NCBI GenBank assembly: GCA_050250895.1
Contig: JBFWNU010000002.1
Coordinates: forward strand, 503,659-567,658
Reading direction: 5' to 3'
Source of the DNA: Vulcanimicrobiota bacterium
GTDB lineage: Bacteria; Vulcanimicrobiota; Xenobia; Xenobiales; JADMJV01
DNA: 64,000 bases
Shown here: piece by piece, positions 56,727 to 64,000 of the stretch
Position numbering within the stretch: position 1 is the stretch's first letter
How the letters are laid out: the number at the start of each line of letters is the position of its first letter
Made by a program: the position numbers and the translations under genes
The notes under the pieces: generated by a model
Seen by the model: the letters and a program-made list of their open reading frames with translations, nothing else
Told to the model about the DNA's origin: nothing
The model's database searches: none

Positions 56727-57403
56727 CCTCCGACTACGGCCAGGGATTGGCGAATGCAATCGGGCCGCAACAGCGTCATTCGCCCGTTGTTTTCCCTGAC
56801 TAATCCGTCTTTACGCATTTCGGACAGGGCTCGTACGGTCGACTCGACGGTGGTGCCGATCAACTCGGCCAGCACCTGGCGGCTGAACGGCAGAGGAAAC
56901 TCGATACAACCTCCCTGAGCGTCGCCAAGTTTGCTGGCGATGGCCAGCAACACCCGCGCCGTTCGTTGACGCACCTTTTCCACCGCCAGCGACGCCAGCA
57001 TCTCTTGCTGCTGGCGAAACTTGGCGCAACAGGTGGCCAACCCGCAGGGCATCATCTGACCGTGCTGGTCGCAAAGTTCGATGAAGTCGGGCCAGCTGAT
57101 CTGGTCCACCCCTCCGTCGAGCATGGCGATGCAACTGGCTCCGTAGGTCTGGCCGCTCAGACCGCAGACCACACCACAGAACTCTCCTGGAAAGAGAATC
57201 TCGGTGACCATCTCCCGTCCCCCGGGGGTAGCCACCGAGACTTTGGCCCAGATGTCTCGCATCAAGAATAGGTGAGTGGGCCTATCGCCTTGAGAGAAGA
57301 GGGCCTGACCAGCCACCACCGCACGGGTCTCTAGCCGTGCCTGGAAATCACGAGCGGCGGCAGGGTCGAGTTTCCCCAGGTATGAAGTGTTAGTCCCCAG
57401 CAT
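56723..57403 (-). CDS. Crp/Fnr family transcriptional regulator (Cys-rich)
   Basis: cNMP-binding fold (LFSQGD, PGEFCG) plus HTH SRQVLAELIGTTVESTVRALSE. Confidence 0.93.
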   Translation of the reverse strand: MLGTNTSYLGKLDPAAARDFQARLETRAVVAGQALFSQGDRPTHLFLMRDIWAKVSVATPGGREMVTEILFPGEFCGVVCGLSGQTYGASCIAMLDGGVDQISWPDFIELCDQHGQMMPCGLATCCAKFRQQQEMLASLAVEKVRQRTARVLLAIASKLGDAQGGCIEFPLPFSRQVLAELIGTTVESTVRALSEMRKDGLVRENNGRMTLLRPDCIRQSLAVVGG

Positions 57404-57496
57404 AGTGCCAATGTATCACCGGGTTTTCGCGCCTCCCAGCCTCATTCGGCCACCCAGGCGTGGCCAAACGAACCACCCCTTTCGGCCCAGGCCCGC

Positions 57497-57510
57497 CTGA
57501 TCAAGGTCAT
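57497..57510 (+). promoter_or_regulatory. Crp/Fnr-type box
   Basis: CTGATCAAGGTCAT centred 29.5 bp upstream of TAAACT (57533). Confidence 0.75.
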
Positions 57511-57558
57511 AGGCTCCTCGGTTCACGTCTGCTAAACTGGTAGCCGGAGGACTTCAAG

Positions 57559-58422
57559 ATGTCATACACGATACTAGTGCCCTTAGACGGCTCGATGACG
57601 GCCGAACGAGCTATCGCTCCCGCCCTAGAACTGGCCCGTCAGCATCAGGGAGCGGTGGTATTCATTCAAGTCTTTCCGGTGGGTGTCGAGCCCCCCGAAT
57701 CCGCCCGCGAGTACCTCGGCGTGCGGGTCGAATCGGCTCGCGCGGCCGGAGTAGAGGCCAGCAGCGAGACTCACGCTGGGGAAGCCCATCAGGTCATCCT
57801 CGAGCGGGCCGCCCAGGTCGACACGGTGGTGATGAGCAGCCACGGGCGCTCGGGATTCAATCGCCTGTTGCTGGGCAGCGTGACCGAGAAGGTCGTGCGC
57901 CAGGCACCCTGCCCGGTGCTGGTGGTGCGCTCGACGCAGCTCCACCTCGATCAGGTCCGGCGAATCCTTGTCCCCCTCGACGGCTCGAAGCTGTGTCGGC
58001 ACGCCTTGCCCGAAGCCGCCCGTCTGGCCACCGCCACCGGTGCCACGCTGGTGCTGGCGCGAGTGGTCGAGCCTCTGCCGATCGATCCGCTTTTCGTGAC
58101 CGTCTGTGATCGCGAGCAAGAGGAGCGGGTGGTGGAGGGGTATCTGAGCAAGTTGGCGGCCGAGCTGCATCCTTCGATTCCCGTCGAGCTGCGGCACGAG
58201 TGGGGGTCGCCGGCCCGCGTGCTTATCGAAATGGTGGAACTGCGCAACATCGACCTGGTGGTCATGACGACTCACGGCCGGAGCGGCTTTGACCGGTTCG
58301 TGTGCGGCAGCGTGGCCGAGAATATGCTGCGGGTCTGCCACGTGCCGGTCTATCTGGTCTCGGCCCGGGCCTGCCACCAGACCCCCGAAGCGGTCCTGGC
58401 CGCTCGCTCGGTGGCCGGATAG
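57559..58422 (+). CDS. tandem-domain universal stress protein
   Basis: ILVPLDGS twice; MSSHGRSG..LLGSV and MTTHGRSG..GSVAE. Confidence 0.95.
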   Translation: MSYTILVPLDGSMTAERAIAPALELARQHQGAVVFIQVFPVGVEPPESAREYLGVRVESARAAGVEASSETHAGEAHQVILERAAQVDTVVMSSHGRSGFNRLLLGSVTEKVVRQAPCPVLVVRSTQLHLDQVRRILVPLDGSKLCRHALPEAARLATATGATLVLARVVEPLPIDPLFVTVCDREQEERVVEGYLSKLAAELHPSIPVELRHEWGSPARVLIEMVELRNIDLVVMTTHGRSGFDRFVCGSVAENMLRVCHVPVYLVSARACHQTPEAVLAARSVAG

Positions 58423-58424
58423 CG

Positions 58425-59969
58425 ATGCCGTTCATTCCTAGCCTCGTCTTGCGCAAGCTCTATCAGCGCTCCAGCCTGCGCAACACCCATCGGGGGGTCG
58501 CTTTCTCGCTCAAGAATCGGCTGGGAGAGGTCATGGTGCTCGGGGTCGAGTCGTTTCGACTCGATGGCGCGCCGGTGGCCTTGAACCGCATTCTGGCCCA
58601 GTTGCCGAAACGCTCCTTCACTCTAGACCGTCTCAACGCCGATGACGCCCTCGAACTGGCCGTGGGCGACCGCCTCTCGCTGGTGCTCGATGTCGAGCCT
58701 CTGGGGGAGGGCGAGCACACCCTTGAAATGGTCTTTGTCACCGCGCCCTTCGGCCGGCTCAGACTCAAAGTGGAAGATACCCTGGCTAGCCGTCAGCATG
58801 ATCCCACCCACATTCCCCGCAGTCTCGACGATGACTACGCTCCGGCCGTGGTGGCTCAACGACAAGGGTTCGTCGAGGAGCGTTGCGGAGTGCGACTCGA
58901 GCACGTCAAGTCGCACTCTTTCGACCCCCAGTGCGTGGCCGGCAACATCGAGAACTTCTTTGGCGTGGCTCAGGTACCGCTGGGCCTGGCCGGCCCGCTC
59001 AAAGTGGACGGTGAGCACGCTCAAGGCGACTTCTATGTGCCCATGGCCACCTCGGAGGGAACCCTGGTGGCTTCTTACGGTCGGGGTATGAAGGTCTTGC
59101 ACCGCTGCGGCGGGGCCCGCTGTTCGGTGGTGGGCGACCAGATGCAGAGAGCGCCGGTGTTTCTCTTCGGCGACGCTCGTCAGGCTCGGCTCTTCGCCGA
59201 CTGGATCAAGACTCACCAGCAGGAGATTGGGCGGGCGGCCGAGGCCACCTCACGAGTGGCCCGCCTCAAGCACATCGAGTACTACCTTGTCAGTCGGTTC
59301 GTCTATCTGCGTTTTGACTATACCACCGGCGATGCGGCCGGCCAGAACATGGTCAGTCGGGCTACCCTGGCAGCCTGCAACTGGATCCTCGAGCATTACG
59401 ACGCGGCAATCGAGGACTTCTATCTAGAATCCAATCTGGCTACCGACAAGAAGTCCTCGATGATCAACATCATCCACAGCCGGGGAAAACGCGTCACCGC
59501 CGAGGTTACCGTCGACCACGAGACCCTCTGGAGCCTGCTGCGTACCACCCCGGAACGTCTTCACCATCACAACGGCGTGGCGAATCTGGGGGCCTTTCTT
59601 TCGGGCGCCAATAACAACGGGCTCCACGCAGCCAACGGCATCACCGCTGTCTTCCTGGCCACCGGTCAGGATGTGGCCAACGTGGCCGAAGCCAGCGCTG
59701 CCATGCTTTACACCGAGATCACCAGAGAGGGCGCTCTCTATCTCTCCATCACTCTTCCCTGCCTGATCGTGGCTACCCATGGCGGCGGGACCGGCTTGCC
59801 CACCCAGCGGGAGTGCCTCGAGATGCTGGGTTGCTATGGAGTGGGCAAGGTCTACAAGTTGGCCGAGATTGTGGCTGCCACGGTATTGGCCGGCGAACTG
59901 TCACTTGCGGCCGCGATCTCGTCTGACGAATGGGTCTCGGCCCACGAAAAACTAGGTCGCCATCGCTAG
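58425..59969 (+). CDS. hmgA: class I HMG-CoA reductase with extra N-terminal domain
   Basis: ENFFG, PMATSEGTLVAS, TGDAAGQNM, TDKK, HAAN, GGGT, GELSL, C-terminal His. Confidence 0.92.
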   Translation: MPFIPSLVLRKLYQRSSLRNTHRGVAFSLKNRLGEVMVLGVESFRLDGAPVALNRILAQLPKRSFTLDRLNADDALELAVGDRLSLVLDVEPLGEGEHTLEMVFVTAPFGRLRLKVEDTLASRQHDPTHIPRSLDDDYAPAVVAQRQGFVEERCGVRLEHVKSHSFDPQCVAGNIENFFGVAQVPLGLAGPLKVDGEHAQGDFYVPMATSEGTLVASYGRGMKVLHRCGGARCSVVGDQMQRAPVFLFGDARQARLFADWIKTHQQEIGRAAEATSRVARLKHIEYYLVSRFVYLRFDYTTGDAAGQNMVSRATLAACNWILEHYDAAIEDFYLESNLATDKKSSMINIIHSRGKRVTAEVTVDHETLWSLLRTTPERLHHHNGVANLGAFLSGANNNGLHAANGITAVFLATGQDVANVAEASAAMLYTEITREGALYLSITLPCLIVATHGGGTGLPTQRECLEMLGCYGVGKVYKLAEIVAATVLAGELSLAAAISSDEWVSAHEKLGRHR

Positions 59970-61169
59970 CTCGGCGAAAGCGCCCTCGAATTCTGCTACC
60001 AAGGCCTGGGGGTCGACGACGCCGGCGTCGCTGGCCACTCCTACCCGCACTTCGCCGGCGTAGCTGATGATGCTGACTCCCAGAGCCAACCGGCCCGATT
60101 GAGGGACCCAGAACATCAACTGGCTGACGGGAACGCCTCCCACGACGAGTCGTTGCTCGGGTCCGTGGACGTTGGTGGACACCAGGCTCGCCCGCGAACC
60201 GAACAGGCGTACCAGGGCCAGTTCCAAACTCACCGGCAGGCAACCGGCCAGGCGCAACACCCCATAGAGAATGGCCGCGTGGGGAGTGTTCTTGAGCTTG
60301 AGCAATCTACGACGGGACTCGCGCAATCGCTCCAGCGGATCGTCGATTCCGACGGGCAAGGCGGCGAAGGCCAGGCCGAATTGATTGCCCAGGGTGAGGT
60401 CGCGGGCCGGCCTCAGATCTACCGGCATGACCGCCCGCAGATTAGCCGGTAGCGATTGGCCGGTCTTTTGCAGATGGCGGCGCAGGGCCCCGGTCAAGGT
60501 GGCCAGGAGCACATCGTTGACGGTCCCCCGGACCTTCTTTTCGATGCGCTTGACCTCGCTCAGAGGGATAGGGCCAGAGACGGCGGCCAGCTTGGTTCGG
60601 CCCAACGAGCCCTTGAGATTCGAGGCCGGTTCAGGCGAGAGCAACACGCCAAAGATCAGCTCGCCCAGGGCCGACAACCATGCGCCCACGCGTCCCAGCC
60701 CCGGGCGGGGCGAGCGGCCCCGAGAGGGCGGGGGCGGGTTGTCGGCCAGGCTGGTGAGGACCTTCATCATGGCAACCCCGTCGCCCATGGCGTGATGCAC
60801 TCGGATGACCAGGGCCGTATCGGCCCCTAACCAGACCGCGTGGATCTGCCAGAGCGGACGCGACCGGTCGAGGGGTTGGCTCATCCACTGACCGACCAGG
60901 TCGAGCAGCCGCTCAGGGGTCGATTCGGTCATGACCAGATGATGGTCGAGTTCAAGCTCGGCGTCTTCGACCCAATGGGGCGGGCCCACGGTTGGATCGA
61001 CCACCTTGCAGCCAAAGCGGTCATGAGACATCAAGGGTGTCACCACGTGGCGCTCGAGCCACGGGCGATCGAGGCGACCCTCGAGCAGAAAGAGCCCGGT
61101 GATGGTCATCAGATTGCTGGGCTCTTCCATGTGCAGCCAGGCTGCGTCGGCCCGGGTGAGCGCAGTCAT
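59952..61169 (-). CDS. wax ester synthase/diacylglycerol acyltransferase (WS/DGAT)
   Basis: HHAMGDG active site, PLDRSRPLWQ, GTVNDVLL, STNVHGP. Confidence 0.95.
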   Translation of the reverse strand: MTALTRADAAWLHMEEPSNLMTITGLFLLEGRLDRPWLERHVVTPLMSHDRFGCKVVDPTVGPPHWVEDAELELDHHLVMTESTPERLLDLVGQWMSQPLDRSRPLWQIHAVWLGADTALVIRVHHAMGDGVAMMKVLTSLADNPPPPSRGRSPRPGLGRVGAWLSALGELIFGVLLSPEPASNLKGSLGRTKLAAVSGPIPLSEVKRIEKKVRGTVNDVLLATLTGALRRHLQKTGQSLPANLRAVMPVDLRPARDLTLGNQFGLAFAALPVGIDDPLERLRESRRRLLKLKNTPHAAILYGVLRLAGCLPVSLELALVRLFGSRASLVSTNVHGPEQRLVVGGVPVSQLMFWVPQSGRLALGVSIISYAGEVRVGVASDAGVVDPQALVAEFEGAFAELAMAT

Positions 61170-62197
61170 TCCAGCACGTCACTGGCCCGCAGACGAGGGG
61201 TCGGCGGTCGCTGGACCTGAAGTGGAGGGCGGCCCATGCGCGCGACCACCTGAGGATACCCGCCGGCTCCTAGGAGTTGGACAAGCTTGGGGCGCAACTC
61301 GGGTCGTTGCAGCGGCTGGTTGAGGGTCGATGCCTGCAGGCCGTGACTGACCCCCGTCAGCAGGACGTTCTGCAGGGCTCGGCCGGCCAACAACCATTGC
61401 AGGGGGTTGTCTTCGTCGGTGAAAATGACGAACAGCAGAGCAGAGCCCCAGATGAGCTCTCGATCCTGTTCGGCATGGCCTGCTCCCAGGTCGAAGTGGC
61501 GCTCCAGGCCGGGAGAGAGCAGTGAAAACAGATTGCCTAGCCCGCGGCTATAGCCGGGGACGCCGGTGCCCTGGCGAGAGTAGTTCGTGCGCATCCACTC
61601 GGCGAACTCGTGACGATAGGCCGGGTCGGCTTCGAGTTCTCGATCGGCCTCTTCCACCAACTCGATCAACTCGACCCGATCGACGTCGTCGACCATCACC
61701 AGTCGGGCCCCCTCCTGGCTGGCCGCTCGACCCAGGTCGCGCAAGACTTCACGGCCCACCGGGTCCTCGTCGAAAGGCAGATAGCAGGTGTGTCGTTTCG
61801 GGATGCAATCGAAGAGCCGGTGCTCCTGACGCGAAGCGTGGGAAGGCACCGCCAGCGACACTCGGGCCAGTAGATCCGAGTCCGGGCCTTCGGGAAACTG
61901 CTCGACCAGGGTTCCCCAGCCGTAGTGATGCAGGGCGATCAAGAGGTTGCACAGGGCCGCCCCACAGGCTATCACCAGGTCTCGGTCCTGGGGATCGATG
62001 ACCGGTAGGGCGCGCCGCCGATCGGCGTAGAGTTCCACCGAGCCGTCCTCGAGGTGAAAGCGCCAGGGCTGGGTGTTGTGGGTAGAGGGCGCCAGAACAG
62101 CGTAGTTGAGCGCGAACTGAAGCCGCTCTTGGTGGCTGCCGTTGATGGGATAGTCGCTGGCTCGAATGTGCCAGGCTTTCAAGTTCGTCTGTGTCAT
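61166..62197 (-). CDS. Acg family FMN-binding nitroreductase-like protein
   Basis: LAPSTHNTQPWRF, IACGAAL, WLLAGRALQNVLL, LNQPL, PQVVARMG. Confidence 0.92.
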   Translation of the reverse strand: MTQTNLKAWHIRASDYPINGSHQERLQFALNYAVLAPSTHNTQPWRFHLEDGSVELYADRRRALPVIDPQDRDLVIACGAALCNLLIALHHYGWGTLVEQFPEGPDSDLLARVSLAVPSHASRQEHRLFDCIPKRHTCYLPFDEDPVGREVLRDLGRAASQEGARLVMVDDVDRVELIELVEEADRELEADPAYRHEFAEWMRTNYSRQGTGVPGYSRGLGNLFSLLSPGLERHFDLGAGHAEQDRELIWGSALLFVIFTDEDNPLQWLLAGRALQNVLLTGVSHGLQASTLNQPLQRPELRPKLVQLLGAGGYPQVVARMGRPPLQVQRPPTPRLRASDVLE

Positions 62198-62232
62198 CGC
62201 TCTCAGTCTAGCAGTGGCCCGGGCGGGTGACG

Positions 62233-62268
62233 ATGATCGGGATCATCTGGGCAGATGACCCAGGTCAT
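62233..62268. promoter_or_regulatory. two tandem Crp/Fnr-type boxes for divergent promoters
   Basis: ATGATCGGGATCAT (62233) and ATGACCCAGGTCAT (62255), each 29.5 bp from a -10 (TAGACT -, TATGCT +). Confidence 0.82.
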
Positions 62269-62302
62269 CGTCCGAATTCTTGCTAGAGGCTATGCTACGG
62301 GT

Positions 62303-64000
62303 ATGACAGGGGCCAAGAAGAATATGGGCTGGTGGTATCTGGCGCTCGGGTTGCTCTTGCTCTGGGTGTGGCAGGGTGCTTTGTTGGAGCGGACCATCCA
62401 GACCTTGACCTATAGTCAGTTCAAAGAGCATGTCCGCCAGAGCCAGGTGCTCGAATGCGAGATTCAGAGCGACCAGATCGTGGGCAAGCTCAAGCCCGAG
62501 AAGCCCGATGACCATCCCACCCTGTTTCGCACCATCCGGGTCGAGGATCCCAACCTGGTGGCCGACCTCGAGAAAACCGGCACCCGGTTTGTGGGCACCA
62601 GGCCGGACGTGTTCGTCACCTTCTTCCTGACCTGGGTCTTGCCGCTCCTGCTGCTGGTGGGGCTGTGGAGCTTTCTGGGCCGCATGGCTTCGCCCGGCAG
62701 CGCCCTGGTAGGAATGGGCAAGAGTCGAGCCCGGGTGGTGGCAGACCGAGCTACCGGCGTGACTTTTGCCGATGTGGCCGGCTGCGAAGAGGCCAAGTCT
62801 GAATTGAGCGAGGTGGTCGACTTCTTGCAGCATCCCGACCGCTACCGTCGCCTGGGGGCGCATATTCCCAAAGGGGTCCTGCTGCTCGGCCCGCCCGGAA
62901 CCGGCAAGACTTTGTTGGCCCGGGCCGTGGCTGGAGAAGCGCGGGTCCCCTTTTATTCGCTCTCGGGCAGCGAGTTCGTCGAGATGTTCGTAGGCGTCGG
63001 CGCCTCGCGCGTGCGCGACCTGTTCGAACAGGCCAAGGCCAATGCGCCCTGTATCGTCTTCATCGACGAACTCGATGCGGTCGGGCGCGAACGCAGCGTG
63101 CGCATCGGGTCGGTCAACGACGAGCGCGAACAGACCCTCAATCAGCTGCTGGTCGAAATGGACGGGTTTGCCCCCAACGCAGGAGTCATCTTGCTGGCCG
63201 CGACCAACCGGCCCGAGGTGCTCGACCGAGCCTTGTTGCGGCCCGGACGGTTCGACCGGCGCGTGGTGCTCGACGCGCCCGACCTGGAGGGTCGGCTGGC
63301 CATCCTTCAGGTCCACTCCCGAGGCAAACCGCTTTCTAAAGAGGTTGATCTTCGCCAACTGGCGCGCTCTACTCCCGGCTTTTCGGGGGCTGACCTGGCC
63401 AATGCCATGAATGAAGCCGCCCTGATCGCGGCCCGCCAGCGCTGTACCGCCATCGAGCAAGCTCATCTGGAGGAGGCGGTCGAGAAGACGGTGGCCGGAC
63501 CCGAGCGAAAGTCTCGTCGCCTTTCTGAAAGCGAGAAAGAGCGGGTGGCCTATCACGAATCGGGCCACGCCCTGGTCGCCTTGCACTGCCCCCACGCCGA
63601 CCCGGTGCACAAGGTCAGCATCGTGCCGCGAGGCCTGAGCGCTCTCGGCTACACCTTGCAACTGCCCCGCGAAGATTCCTACCTGACCACCCGCTGCGAG
63701 CTGGTCGAACGCTTACGGGTTTTGCTGGCGGGACGAGCGGCCGAGGAGCTCGTCTTTGGCGAGGTCAGCACCGGCGCCGAGAACGACCTCGAGCGGGCCA
63801 CGGCGCTGGCTCGCCAGATGGTGTGTCTGTTCGGCATGAGCGATACGCTCGGCCCGGGCCAATGCGCCCGTCGCGACTCGGCTTTTCTCAATCCTGATGG
63901 CACGTTGGCTCGGGATTGTAGCGAGGCTACCGCTGCCCTGGTCGACCTCGAGGTGAAGTCCTGGTTGGTCGAAGCCAGTCGCGAGGCCCGTCATCTGCTC
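62303..64000 (+). CDS. ftsH: ATP-dependent zinc metalloprotease FtsH, 3'-truncated by window edge
   Basis: Hand translation: two TMs, [48 protein letters not shown]; absent from the ORF track because it has no stop. Confidence 0.96.
   Translation, partial: MTGAKKNMGWWYLALGLLLLWVWQGALLERTIQTLTYSQFKEHVRQSQVLECEIQSDQIVGKLKPEKPDDHPTLFRTIRVEDPNLVADLEKTGTRFVGTRPDVFVTFFLTWVLPLLLLVGLWSFLGRMASPGSALVGMGKSRARVVADRATGVTFADVAGCEEAKSELSEVVDFLQHPDRYRRLGAHIPKGVLLLGPPGTGKTLLARAVAGEARVPFYSLSGSEFVEMFVGVGASRVRDLFEQAKANAPCIVFIDELDAVGRERSVRIGSVNDEREQTLNQLLVEMDGFAPNAGVILLAATNRPEVLDRALLRPGRFDRRVVLDAPDLEGRLAILQVHSRGKPLSKEVDLRQLARSTPGFSGADLANAMNEAALIAARQRCTAIEQAHLEEAVEKTVAGPERKSRRLSESEKERVAYHESGHALVALHCPHADPVHKVSIVPRGLSALGYTLQLPREDSYLTTRCELVERLRVLLAGRAAEELVFGEVSTGAENDLERATALARQMVCLFGMSDTLGPGQCARRDSAFLNPDGTLARDCSEATAALVDLEVKSWLVEASREARHLL

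Noticed and set aside
62243-63661. 472-aa minus-strand ORF
   Set aside because: Antisense shadow of ftsH
1-64000. tRNA, rRNA or prophage
   Set aside because: No cloverleaf, rRNA-like tract, integrase or phage structural gene seen by eye; a covariance-model search was not possible

Overview
High-GC bacterial chromosome segment with about 55 genes. I found no rRNA, tRNA, CRISPR array or intact transposase. Gene style suggests Candidatus Eremiobacterota/Vulcanimicrobiota, but this is inference only. Recognisable genes include sdpRI, a USP + P-type ATPase pair, a sirtuin, clpB, YccA, a POT transporter, a Clp-like AAA+ ATPase, an orphan FliF-like gene and a partial ftsH. The most notable accessory signals are: (1) a DUF222-like/HNH endonuclease gene bracketed on both sides by same-orientation composite repeats built on the palindrome TTCCAGCTGGAA, next to a deleted pseudogene; (2) an opine dehydrogenase-EamA exporter-divergent FolC ligase operon; (3) a Crp/Fnr-type regulon readable from sequence, with five boxes serving six promoters, each 29.5 bp from a -10 element, over a dormancy-like island (USP, HMG-CoA reductase, Acg, WS/DGAT, FtsH, a double histidine kinase); (4) several effector-like proteins with related N-termini; (5) a PqqD/RRE fused to an 18-Cys domain; (6) a RAPP arrest-peptide candidate; (7) a 158-bp MITE beside a truncated orphan antitoxin and a diverged duplication flanking a lipoprotein cassette. 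All calls come from reading motifs by eye; no database searches were run.
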